Source of the DNA: a virus
IMG/VR virus record: IMGVR_UViG_3300009788_000088
Strand: one strand, 5' to 3'
DNA: 64,000 nucleotides
The translations under genes were made by a program, and so were the position numbers. This document shows positions 47,109-58,200 of this stretch, piece after piece (positions within the stretch are counted from its first letter, which is position 1; every line of letters begins with the position of its first letter). The notes below the pieces were generated by a model. It was not told where the DNA came from, did no database searches, and saw only the letters and a list, made by a program, of their open reading frames with translations.

Positions 47109-47911
47109 AAAGTTTCATAGAATACATTGAAGAAGCCGTTATCGTGCCGAAAGACTCTAAATCAGTCAAGGGAATTATTACCAAAGGTTTCCGGGAGTGG
47201 TATCAAGATTTTCTTAACCGAAGAGAGTTTAATTGGACGGTGAAGATAGATTATACAGAAGAGTTTTACAACCTGACCAAGCGTTGGTTGGATGGTGGAC
47301 TCAAGTCCAAAGCCATCTGGGTTCTTCCGGCTGGAACAAGCAAGGAGGCTATGAAGCTTACTCCGATATCTATTAAGAACGGGATTATCGGGGCTATGTA
47401 CCACCCATACTTTAATAACATTAAAATTTACGTGAATGATAAGCTCATGATGAAATGGTTATTAGGCGATGACAAGGATATTACCAAAAGGTGGGTAAGC
47501 ACCCTGAAGGTACTCATGAAGGCCATAGATCATGAATTGGTTCATAAGGAGCAGTGGAACAGGGTTCCTGATAATGTACGGGGAGCGGCATTAGCTAATA
47601 TAGCATTTAACAAGGCTAAGTGGTCTGAACAGTTTGGAGAAGATTATTTTACTCAACCCAATGAGATGATGGCTTATGCACAGGATGCCGCCAAGGAAAT
47701 AATTTCCTACGCACAGAGACATAAATTGGACCCGTTTGAAGTCCAGAAGAAAATACAGGTTTTCATCAAGAAGCACGGTAATCTGTTCGACAGTAAGGAA
47801 TTTTCGACATATGCCATTTATCTGATTTATGGTATTGGAGCCCGTGGAAAGAAGATGTTAAACAAATTTCACAAGATGGTTTTTCAGTATTTGGAACAAT
47901 TAACAGGATGA
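47105..47911 (+). CDS. putative HExxH metallopeptidase-like internal protein, paralog B
   Basis: MKSFIEYIEEA start; IDHELVHKEQW...YFTQPNEMMAYA. Confidence 0.6.
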   Translation: MKSFIEYIEEAVIVPKDSKSVKGIITKGFREWYQDFLNRREFNWTVKIDYTEEFYNLTKRWLDGGLKSKAIWVLPAGTSKEAMKLTPISIKNGIIGAMYHPYFNNIKIYVNDKLMMKWLLGDDKDITKRWVSTLKVLMKAIDHELVHKEQWNRVPDNVRGAALANIAFNKAKWSEQFGEDYFTQPNEMMAYAQDAAKEIISYAQRHKLDPFEVQKKIQVFIKKHGNLFDSKEFSTYAIYLIYGIGARGKKMLNKFHKMVFQYLEQLTG

Positions 47912-48327
47912 AACGATTTCTTCAATACATAGCAGAAGAGTGGTTCGATACCCGGCGTTCAGGACTCAATAGAGATATTGTGTATGAGATTTTTAAGAAT
48001 CCAACCGCTAGAGAAACACAGGATTTAGACCCCAAAAAAGAAGGAGTCAGAGGAATTATTAAAGGCGCTGATATTTTGCTCTGGCCTGTATACGCTGACC
48101 TTCATGCCAAAATAAAGACGGTTTATAAATGGACCATGGCCGAATCAATTTTAATTTTTAGAATGGGCGGTGAAAAGTGGGTTACCCTATCAACTGATTA
48201 TGATCGGGGATACCCCTATAAGGAATTGGTAGTTGTAAAAAAGAATCTTGAAAGCCACAAGAATCTTAGAAAGGCTATGGGGGGAGATTTCACAGTCTAT
48301 AAAAGCGGAAAGGTTCCTATCAAATGA
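47908..48327 (+). CDS. hypothetical protein with capsid-targeting-like N-terminus
   Basis: MKRFLQYIAEE. Confidence 0.65.
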   Translation: MKRFLQYIAEEWFDTRRSGLNRDIVYEIFKNPTARETQDLDPKKEGVRGIIKGADILLWPVYADLHAKIKTVYKWTMAESILIFRMGGEKWVTLSTDYDRGYPYKELVVVKKNLESHKNLRKAMGGDFTVYKSGKVPIK

Positions 48328-48548
48328 AGAGATTCGGTGAATTCATAGTTGAGAATGACGAACTCCAGCAAGATGTTGAGAAAATTATTAAACATCTGAT
48401 GCTGGCGTCAAAAGGGAGCCGTGTTAAGTTGGTTGCTTTGGTAGAGGTTGGAGCCGTGCCCGTCCTTGAAAATTATGAACGTGGGTCTAAAGAATACAAG
48501 CTAATTATGGAGCGGGTCTACCGCAGATTGGAGACGATGTTGCGATGA
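48324..48548 (+). CDS. hypothetical protein with capsid-targeting-like N-terminus
   Basis: MKRFGEFIVEN. Confidence 0.65.
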   Translation: MKRFGEFIVENDELQQDVEKIIKHLMLASKGSRVKLVALVEVGAVPVLENYERGSKEYKLIMERVYRRLETMLR

Positions 48549-49027
48549 ATGGTGACGAAAGAAAAATCGAAGAAATGGTTCCGGGTGATGGGAAAGATAA
48601 CGTAGAACAGTTTCCCGGTATACCAGATAATCTGGATGAATTAAAGCCGGACCTTGGCGAAGTGGGCAAGATTGACTTTGTTGATACGAAAGAGGTTGAA
48701 TTAACCCATAATGAGGATGAAGCCAAAAACTATGATGTGGATCGGAAGTACGTCCGGACCAAAATGTATCGTCTTATCGAGGCCGGAGATGCCGCTATTG
48801 CGAACGCTTTGTTGATGATGAAAGAAACAATGGGGGTTCGTGAACTTGAGGCCGCTTCAAGCCTTATCAGAAATACTGTAGATGCTTTAGCCAAACTCCA
48901 AGATTCCAGTTCAACTGCTATGAAGGATGCCGTGAAGATGAGGGGCCGGAGTTTCAACCCGGAAGAGGATACTGACAAGTCTGGGAGGAAACAAGGCAAC
49001 CTTAGTGATATTGCGGCCGATGATTAA
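48545..49027 (+). CDS. gp16: terminase small subunit (gp16)
   Basis: D.KYVR..MY.LIEAG..AI...L......R..E....LI......L..LQ; upstream of gp17. Confidence 0.8.
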   Translation: MNGDERKIEEMVPGDGKDNVEQFPGIPDNLDELKPDLGEVGKIDFVDTKEVELTHNEDEAKNYDVDRKYVRTKMYRLIEAGDAAIANALLMMKETMGVRELEAASSLIRNTVDALAKLQDSSSTAMKDAVKMRGRSFNPEEDTDKSGRKQGNLSDIAADD

Positions 49028-49500
49028 TGGCGGCTCCCAAATACAAACAAGGGCGCTTTAGTCCTATCTTCCCCAAAAAATATCGGGGGAATCTGTCCAA
49101 CATTATTTTCCGTTCCGGTTGGGAATTGAGGGTGATGAAGCATCTTGATGAGAGTGACAAGATACTTGCTTGGAACTCTGAAGAGGTGATGATTCCTTAT
49201 CGTGATCCGTGGACTGACAGACCCCGGCGTTACTTTCTTGATTTTTGGTTCGCTATGAAAAACGGTGATGGTGAGATTAAAGAATATCTGGTTGAAGTTA
49301 AACCGTACAAACAGACAATTCCTCCCCAACCCCCAAAGATAAATAATTATAAGGCCCTGAAGCGGTATAACAGGGAGAAGAACCAATATATCCGCAACCA
49401 AGCGAAGTGGAAGGCGGCTACAAGGGTCTGTGAGGCCCGTGGCTTGTCTTTTATCATTATGACCGAGAGAGAGTTAGGATTAGAGAGAAGAAGGCGTTAG
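49027..49500 (+). CDS. gp4: head completion nuclease (gp4)
   Basis: QGRF.P..PKKYRG....I.FRS.WE...W.SEE..IPY...RYF.DF...LVEVKP..QT.PP...NQAKW.AA...F.I.TE. Confidence 0.93.
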   Translation: MAAPKYKQGRFSPIFPKKYRGNLSNIIFRSGWELRVMKHLDESDKILAWNSEEVMIPYRDPWTDRPRRYFLDFWFAMKNGDGEIKEYLVEVKPYKQTIPPQPPKINNYKALKRYNREKNQYIRNQAKWKAATRVCEARGLSFIIMTERELGLERRRR

Positions 49501-51174
49501 ATGGAAACTCTGGGCTTAAACACACCCACTCCTGAAATAATCCCGGCGTTCATTTATGATCGTATGACGGATTATGCCCCGGAGCTTCCCCCAGTCATTA
49601 AGGATGTTAAGGGGAAGAAGATAAAGTACCGTGGCCGGACCCAGATACGTCCGGAAAATTGTACCATCTCCTACACCGATGCCATGATAGAAGAGGTAAA
49701 AAGGTGTAAGCGAGATATTGAATATTTTGCTGAGAATTATTTCTACATCATCTCCAAGGATGAAGGCAAGAAGCTCATTGAATTGTATCCGAAGCAGTAT
49801 GAGATGCTTCGCCACATGCATGAGAATCGCTTCACGGCCACCCTTGCTTCACGTCAGATTGGCAAGACTACTCTGGTTAGTATCATCTTACTTCATCAAG
49901 CAATGTTCAATGATGACTTCACCATTGGTGTTCTGTCAAACAAAGAGAAGGGTGCCAAGGATGTTATCAGAAGAATTAAAGTAGCTTATAAGGAACTGCC
50001 TCATTGGTTAAAACAGGGTGTTACTGAATGGAACACTCTGAGTATCGTTTTTGAGAATGGCTCACGCATCGAAGCTGAGGCCACATCCGAAGATTCATTC
50101 ACCGGGCGTTCGCTAAACATCCTCTTTGTGGATGAGGTTGCTAAGATTGCCAAGAACCTTTGGGATGAATTCTGGAATTCAGCCTACCCGACAATTTCAT
50201 CTGGTACTACCACAAAGGTTTTAATGGTTTCTACCCCGAAAGGTCTGAATCATTGGTATAAGATTTGTCATGACTCCTTGAAAGAACTGTCACCATTTAA
50301 GTTCTTCCGTTATGATTGGTGGGAAGTTCCCGGCCGTGACTTGAAATGGAAACAGGATCAAATTGCAACCATATATGAACGTGGGTTTGCTCAGGAATAT
50401 GGATGTGAGTTCCTTGGCTCTGGTAATACTTTACTTTCCGGAGACGCTCTTAAAAGTCTTGTATGGCATACGCCTATCAGTGTGAAGGATGATTACCATT
50501 TCAAGGTATATGAGAATCCCAGCCCTAACCGGGTTTACGTTATCGGAGTGGATACTGGAAAAGGGGTAGAACTTTGTTACAGTGTGGCACAGGTGTTGGA
50601 TATCACAGAATTTCCTATCAGACAAGTAGCTGTATTCCGGGCGGCTGATATTTTGTATTCAGATTTCCCCGGATACATTATGCATATTGCTGATGAATAC
50701 TTCAACCCCATTATTATGGTAGAGAATAACGACCTTGGACAATCCGTGGCTGATGCCCTGTTCTTCGATTATGAGTATGACAACCTGTATAGTGAGTTTA
50801 AGAAACCAAACATGGGGCTTAGGACTACCACAAAGACAAAACGAATCATGCTCCACTTCATGAGGGACTTAATCGAGACCCAAAAGATGATTGTTAACGA
50901 TTATGACACTATTGCAGAATTTGGTACTTTTATTAAAAAAGCCAATTCTTATGTACCAGAAGAGGGGTCCACGGCTGATGCAATTATGGCCTTAGCTGTA
51001 GGCGCTTATGTTTTAAAAACGGATTGGGTTGATGTTGATAGATTAACTCAAAAAATAGCTCGTGTTGTTTACGTTAATCCTGAGATGGAAGAAACACCAT
51101 TCCCCATTTTACCATCCGGGTCATATGAAGATACAGAGACAGATGATGATTTTAAAAGATGGCTCATCAGTTAA
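49501..51174 (+). CDS. gp17: terminase large subunit (gp17)
   Basis: SRQIGKTT (Walker A), LFVDE (Walker B), YPTISSG.TTKV..VSTPKGLNHWY, nuclease GVDTGKG...VENN. Confidence 0.97.
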   Translation: METLGLNTPTPEIIPAFIYDRMTDYAPELPPVIKDVKGKKIKYRGRTQIRPENCTISYTDAMIEEVKRCKRDIEYFAENYFYIISKDEGKKLIELYPKQYEMLRHMHENRFTATLASRQIGKTTLVSIILLHQAMFNDDFTIGVLSNKEKGAKDVIRRIKVAYKELPHWLKQGVTEWNTLSIVFENGSRIEAEATSEDSFTGRSLNILFVDEVAKIAKNLWDEFWNSAYPTISSGTTTKVLMVSTPKGLNHWYKICHDSLKELSPFKFFRYDWWEVPGRDLKWKQDQIATIYERGFAQEYGCEFLGSGNTLLSGDALKSLVWHTPISVKDDYHFKVYENPSPNRVYVIGVDTGKGVELCYSVAQVLDITEFPIRQVAVFRAADILYSDFPGYIMHIADEYFNPIIMVENNDLGQSVADALFFDYEYDNLYSEFKKPNMGLRTTTKTKRIMLHFMRDLIETQKMIVNDYDTIAEFGTFIKKANSYVPEEGSTADAIMALAVGAYVLKTDWVDVDRLTQKIARVVYVNPEMEETPFPILPSGSYEDTETDDDFKRWLIS

Positions 51175-51186
51175 AGCGTTATCTCT

Positions 51187-51201
51187 TATAAATACTTGAA
51201 A
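51187..51201 (+). promoter_or_regulatory. late promoter for the lysis/secreted-fibre operon
   Basis: TATAAATACTTGAAA. Confidence 0.85.
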
Positions 51202-51232
51202 GACTTACCATTAACCCACAAGGAGGATTGTT

Positions 51233-51745
51233 ATGAAAAAGTTGAGTATCGTACTAATGGTATTCGCAATGCTGGCACTGTTCGTGGTTCCGGCTATGGC
51301 GGGTGCCGCACTGGTTGAGGATTTGACCGGAGTGTTCAATGAAGCCGTCTTCGGAGTTATCAAACTTCTATCCATGGCCGTACTGGGACTGGTTACTCTG
51401 GGTGTCCAGAAACTACTGAAGAAGTGGAAGCTGGAAGAGTACGAAGTTGCTGTTGTTGGTGCCGCTGAAGATGCAATTTTCTACGCCGAAGAATGGGCAC
51501 GAAAGAAAGCGTCTGAAAGAGGTTACGCTGTTGCTGGAGCCGAAAAGTTTGATAAGGCTTACATGAAAATGGCCGGAAAACTTCCGTTCCTTGATAGTGA
51601 AGGCGTAAAGACTGCTCTTGTGGTCAATCTGGCCAGAGCAAGAGATTACGGCTTAGAGAAGGGCCGGGAATCACTACAAAAGAAACTGGATGAACTTCAG
51701 ACTGGTAACGGCGGCGGGGATGATAACCCGAAGTCTGCTGAGTAA
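51233..51745 (+). CDS. holin-like membrane protein (LL-H-family-like) with extra N-terminal signal-peptide-like segment
   Basis: MKKLSIVLMVFAMLALFVVPAMA, then a TM helix, then AAEDAIFYAEEW...GAEKFDKA; first gene before the spanins. Confidence 0.6.
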   Translation: MKKLSIVLMVFAMLALFVVPAMAGAALVEDLTGVFNEAVFGVIKLLSMAVLGLVTLGVQKLLKKWKLEEYEVAVVGAAEDAIFYAEEWARKKASERGYAVAGAEKFDKAYMKMAGKLPFLDSEGVKTALVVNLARARDYGLEKGRESLQKKLDELQTGNGGGDDNPKSAE

Positions 51746-51750
51746 TTCAG

Positions 51751-51999
51751 ATGTTTGAATTACTCGGAACATTGTTGGGCATTGTGGGTCTTCTCCTGAA
51801 AGCTTTCCTTGGAAAGAAGAAGAGGGATAGGGAAGACCCCAGTGTCCAACATGAGAAAAAAGCATTGGAGGCCATCAATGAAAAGAAAAAATTCGAAAAA
51901 GCGGTGGCCCGTGGCGATGTGGAATACATCAATTCAGTCATTAAAAGGAATCGTGTTACTGTCCCTCCTTCTGAGCATTCTGGTAGTAACAGGGTGTAG
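51751..51999 (+). CDS. inner-membrane spanin (Rz-like)
   Basis: N-terminal TM helix then charged helical periplasmic segment; overlapped by a lipoprotein gene in another frame. Confidence 0.6.
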   Translation: MFELLGTLLGIVGLLLKAFLGKKKRDREDPSVQHEKKALEAINEKKKFEKAVARGDVEYINSVIKRNRVTVPPSEHSGSNRV

Positions 52000-52219
52000 T
52001 TTTCTTCAGAAGGATGTCATTCTCCTTAATACCGGGGATGAACAGATAGTAGGTCAAGTAGGCGATTTCTCTGAAAAAGAACTGAAGGTGATGTCGAAAT
52101 TCTACATCGTATCACCCCCTTATATCTTCAACCATGAAGAGACGGTGAAGTATTGGCGGGTGAAGGCCGAAAATCTTCAGATTAAAAACGAAGAACTCAT
52201 AAAACAACTTAAACATTAA
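51917..52219 (+). CDS. outer-membrane lipoprotein spanin (Rz1-like)
   Basis: Lipoprotein signal KGIVLLSLLLSILVVTG-C; overlaps the i-spanin 3' end; start uncertain (51917 or further upstream). Confidence 0.65.
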   Translation: MWNTSIQSLKGIVLLSLLLSILVVTGCSFLQKDVILLNTGDEQIVGQVGDFSEKELKVMSKFYIVSPPYIFNHEETVKYWRVKAENLQIKNEELIKQLKH

Positions 52220-52228
52220 GAGGGTATC

Positions 52229-55200
52229 ATGCTAAAGAAAATAGCTGGTATAATTCTAGCTACAACATTCGTGTTCGTGGGAACGGTGGTTTCTGAGCCG
52301 TTCCCTACATGGCAAGAATATCCCGATAACTGGATTGCCCCCCTTCAATATCCTACCAAGAAAATAGCTATTGGTGGGTATGATGAAACATCCCCAATAC
52401 GTTTTTATCCAAACGGGTCTGCTTATTTTAACACAATTTGGGCAACAGATTACCACGGAACCGATGTGTGGATTAATTACCTTTACTCTAAAAATACAGC
52501 GTCCATTTTCGCAACCGGTGGACAATTTGGATACGCCGATTCAGGAGATGCTTGGATCGCCTTCGGCTCGATTGATACTAACACTACTTATTCAGCGTCA
52601 AATGGTATTGCACTCATTGATACTAATTTCACGTTTGATGGATTATTGAATGAGATAGGTAATCCTGATAATGATACAACTTTTGTAATGGGGAACAATA
52701 CACTCACATTTACCTTCAGTGGACCTGTTGGTGCAGATGGTGCATTTGAAATTGATGCTAGTGGTGGGTTCTCAGGCGATCTTGTACACATACATCAACA
52801 TACTGGTAATCCTTCTTCAGTTGATCTTCTTCATTTAGAAGCTGATGATGCTGATGTAATACCACTTAAAATTATAAGCGAAGGTACTCAACCTGCGATA
52901 ATTACCTTTGGTGGTGTTTATATAAGTAACGGAATTACTAATGGAGCTTATATTCAATTTGATCCTTCTTCCTTAGCATCTCTATATGATGAAGGTAAAC
53001 TCTTCTATGATAGTACGAGTGGGGCATTGGCATTTTATAATGATGAAGCGGATATAACCCTACAGATTGGGCAGGAAGTATATTACAAAGCCCGTAACGC
53101 TTCTGGAGCGACAATAGATGACGGTATGATCGTCTATATAGATGGGGCTACTGGTGAAGTACCTAATATTAGATTAGCAGAAGCGGATGATGTTGCGACT
53201 ACTTATGTATTAGGAATGACTACTCATCAAATTGAAGATGGTACTGATGGATATGTGACAACGATAGGCGTTGTTCATGATATAGATACCTCTTTGTATG
53301 CGGCGGGTGATCGACTATATTTAGATGACGTCACCGCTGGTAATTTTACTGACGTGAGACCGTCGATAGGAAGTAGAGTAATTGAAGTAGGTTACGTAGT
53401 TGCTGTTGGGACTACAAACGGTTCTATTGTCCTTCATAGTTCAAATGAAGATTATGTAATTAATGATACATATGGAGCAACTTGGGATGGGGTTACCGGC
53501 CAGTCAAGTTCCGCTAATGCTGTTCATGATATTCTTTCTCAATATGACTCTGATTATGACGGGGTAGTTGATTCTGTACTTAACAGTGCTGTGAGTCATA
53601 CAGGGATTTCAGGAGTGAGTAGCACACAACACCATGTACCCGTCACAGCTTTAGACTTTACAGCTATAACCGGGTCTGCGACTGACTCACAGATACCGGA
53701 TGATATTACAGTAACAGCGGCAACTATCTCAGGTACGATAACCTCCCTTCAAATAGCGGATGATATGGCGAGAGACTCAGAGCTTCACGCTAAAACTACC
53801 TCACTTCCCTTTACTTCAATTACTGGGACTCTTGAAGGTCTTTCAATTGGAGCTAATGGGGTAACTATTAATTGGGTGTTGGCGGCCGATGGCGCAAATG
53901 GGACTGCATGGAAGGAAGATGCGACCGGTGGAGGTGGAGGTGTATATTACGCAGGAATAGCTATGGACCTTGCTACTTCAACTTTCAACTGGGTAGCCGA
54001 TACAACCATCTCTATGGGCAGTAGTGAAGCTTTTATTTTAAGTTGGGCAAATAAATCTATAACATTCGATAGTAACGGAATGGCTGTTAGTGGGACGGGT
54101 GAATCCTCAGCATACGCCATGACCATCACTGATACTTTAAAAATCCATGGTGCTGTTACAATGTCGGATATCTGTTCAACTAATAACAATTTGCTCACTT
54201 GGGGCACTGACGGGGTTCTTGAGTGTGTTACTGCATCAGGTGGTGGTGACATGTTCAAGTCAGTTTATGATGCTGATAACAGTTCGGCTATAGACTATAC
54301 GGCTGGTGGGGTGCCTATTAATTGTGTTGATGGTGAGGCCATCCAGAACAGCGGAGGGTCTTCGTGGATATGTACAGTTATCGCCGCTGGCAGTGGCACA
54401 GGAGGAATGTGGACTGATATAAACTCTGCGCTTCAACCACTTGATGCAGGATATGGAATAGGGTCAGCCGTTACACCCATTGGACCATCTTTCTTTGATA
54501 CTCTTACTGTAGTAAATGGGCTTACTGTTGATAATGTTATTTCAACCGCAGATACTAAGTATATTCAAGCTGATAATTCGTCGGCTCCGACAACTACATT
54601 CCTTGGGGTTGGATATATATGGACACTCAACGGCGAACCTTATGTTGCCGTAGATGGGACTATAAAAAATGCTATAGCCTACTCAGGAATGCCCTCTGTT
54701 ACATTTAGTGATACAACTATGACAGGTGCAGTCGTGATGCCAGCGATTTGTAGTACAAACTCATGGGCTGTCGTACAGGGTGCCAGTGGTTTAGGTTGCG
54801 TGGAACTTACTGGTGGTGCTGAAGTTAACAACCTTGAAGCTGTCATTACTGGTATTGAGTTAGGTGAGATATTCTACGGGACAGGTACTAACGCAGGGGC
54901 TTATACAGCCCACAATTTCAGTAAGATCGCTGATAGTATTATTGATGCTCAAGTGCCTGACGATATCACTATTCTTTCTTCGGCTATTTCGGGCAACATA
55001 ACCTCCGCTCAAATAGCCGCTGATATGGCGAGAGACAGTGAGTTATTTGGTGGCGACTTTACAGACCTTTCTGGAACAGCTACCGATGGCCAAGTTCCTA
55101 ACCTTGAAGCACTTAGTAACGGTGCGGGAGCGGGTTCCTCTGCGTGGGTACTTGCGACTGATGGAGTGGGAAATAGTTACTGGAAACTTGATGCTACCGG

Positions 55201-58200
55201 AGGTGGTGGAGCTAACTCGTTTGAGACGTGGGATGTAGAGAATGGTACTGACCCTGTTGCTTCATCTGCCACTGATACGATACGACTACTTGATGGAACC
55301 GGAATTACGATTACAGGTAATGCTACGGCTGATAGCATTACAATTGCTTTTACGGGTAACTTTGCGGATATAGCTGACTCGGTGCAAGATGCTCAAATAG
55401 TTGATTCCATTGCGAGGGATATTGAGCTACATACACAGGGAACCGATACTGCTCTTGGAGCGATGGTTGAAGATATTGACATGAATACCTTGTATCAACT
55501 TATCGCTTTGGCCGCTCCTGTTGGCGCTGGTGAGGCTGTTAGAACAACTACCAACATCACAGAAGTTAACTTGATTGAGCTTACTGATGCCAGCGAGACG
55601 ACTTTACATAGCCATGCTGGGGGTGGCACGACTTACAACGCAGGAATAGCAATGGCTCTCGTAGGAACTACTTTCAATTGGGTGGCTGATACAACTATTT
55701 CTATGGGTAGTAGTGAAGCATTCGTTTTAAGTTGGTCTAATAAGTCGATCACATTTGATAGCAATGGGTTTGCGGTGAGTGGAACGGGCGAAAGCTCTGC
55801 TTACGCTATGACTATTACTGACACCTTAAAAGTCCACGGTGAAGTAACTATGTCGGCTATCTGCTCAACGGATGATAATCTTGTGAGATGGAATACTGGT
55901 GGTGATCTTGACTGTATCGCCGCTGGCAGTGGGGCGGGTGGATTGTGGACTGACATTAACTCTGCACTTCAGCCTCTTGATTCTGGGTATGGAGTTGGGT
56001 CAGCCACTACGCCTATTGGGTCTTCTTTCTTTGATACTCTTACTGTTATTAATAACTTAAGCGTTGGGACAATAACTTCTACAGCTTCAACTAAGTATAT
56101 TCAAGTTGATAATGCCACGGCTCCCACAGGCACATTCCTTGGAATAGGATACATTATTACAATAGCGGGTGAGCCGAAGGTAGCTGTTGATGGTACTAAT
56201 TTAAGTGCGTTTTATCACTCTACTAATCTATTATTTGGGAGTGGTTTAAGTAAGTCTGGTAATACTCTTACCGCTTCGGGTGGTTCAGGACTTTGGACCG
56301 ATAACACCACTTACATCATGCCCAACGATAATACTGACGATCTTGGCGCTACTGCTGAACGTATCCCTAATATTTACGCTGATACTTTAGATGCTCCAAC
56401 GATAATTACAGACTATCTCTACTCCAAATCAACCGCTTCAATCTTCGCTACAGGTGGACAATTCGGTTATACAGATTCAGGCGATGCTTGGGTATCCTTT
56501 GACTCTCTTGTTGGCGGAGGTGGATTTAGTATTGCTGGCACCAACTTAACAAGTTCGGGAGCTACGGTAAGCGTTATAAGCAATCCTAGATTTACGAGTA
56601 TTTCGAATCCAGTAGACATACATGATTCCCTTTCTTGGAGTGGTACGGATACTTTTATAATTTATGAAGAAGACGATGTTTTGACTCAAAGATGGCAAGA
56701 ACTACAACTGACTAGTGACGGTGTAAACTCGAAAATACGTTTATATTCACAAGATGGTTACGCCGGAGAGAGCGCAACGATGGAGATAGACGGAACCGAC
56801 GGTATTATACTTCTCAACCCATCGGTTGCTGTTCAGTCTAATGCCGATATTGATTTAACTAACTCATCTCAAGTAGTCAATCTTCAAGCTCCCGCCGCAC
56901 TCGGTGAGGCTATTCGACAGACCGCTAACGTGACGGAAACGAATCTGAATACTCTCACTGGAGGTGGAGATACTACGCTACATGATCATGATGGTATCTT
57001 GGAGAATATTACTCATAGAGGAAGTGATGGCACAGACCATTCCTATATTGATCAGGATGTTACGACTTCTGGCACACCCGCATTTTTATCAATATCGGCT
57101 AATTCTGTAGCTATTACAACTGCAACTATTGATAGTCTTAATCTTGGTTCTGTGTGTTCTACTGACCAATACCATCTTGTTTGGAATACTGATAATTCAG
57201 TAAGTTGTGTGTCGGCGGCTGGTGGTGGAGACATGAATACTGCTACCTATGACGTGGGAGCTAATGGGTTTATAGACCAAGCCGCTGGCGGAACTGAGTT
57301 GGATACTTCGGGGGTCACGAACGGTCAGATGCTTATTGGTAATACTACGAGTAATGTGTGGAATTTGGGCACCATTTCAGGGACAGCGAATGAGATAGGT
57401 ATCGCTGTAGGTGGTGGATCGTTACAGGTAAGTATTGTTGCGAGTCCTATATTAGATGCTACGAATATAACGGGTGGGGATATTCATACTCAAGGAACTG
57501 ATACAGCCCTTGGTGCAATGGCTGAAGATATCGATATGAACACCCTGTATCAACTTATTTCCCTTGCGGCACCTGTTGGAGTAGGCGAGGCTGTAAGAAC
57601 GACTACGAATATTACAGAGGTTAACTTGATTGAGCTTACTAATGCCAGTGAGACAACTTTACATAGCCATGCTGGTGGAGGAAGTTTATGGACCGATCAA
57701 ACGGGTTATATTCTGGTTGTGGATGATGATAATATTGGAGCAAGCGGTGATAAAGTCGCTGATATTTTCGCCACCAACATTACATCAGGTGCGTTCTTAA
57801 CGGATGCCGCTGATGGCGATAGATTTATCGATTGCACGAATACTAATAATGTTTTTACCACCACAGGTTATCTTTGTTTTGATATCACCGATGATGAACT
57901 TCAATATTATGATAGTGATAGTATGGAGAGTGTACCAAAGACTTCTGATCTTCATACCCAAGGTACTGATACTACTTTAGGTACAATGACCGCTGATATC
58001 GATATGAACAATTTATTCCAAATAGTTAATCTACAGACGCCAGCGGCATTAGGGGAGGCCCTTCGACAGACCGCCAATGTTACCGAAACGAATCTCAACA
58101 CCTTAACCGGTGGCGGTGATACGACCCTGCATGACCATGATGGGGTTAGTGAAAACACGACACACAGAGGTAGTGATGGGAGCGACCATTCACTTAGTCA

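Noticed and set aside
32232-51174. Introns, inteins or homing endonucleases in gp41, gp23 or gp17
   Set aside because: Lengths and motif spacing are normal; no intein ends or LAGLIDADG/HNH/GIY-YIG motifs seen. The gp4 nuclease is a standard head-completion gene.
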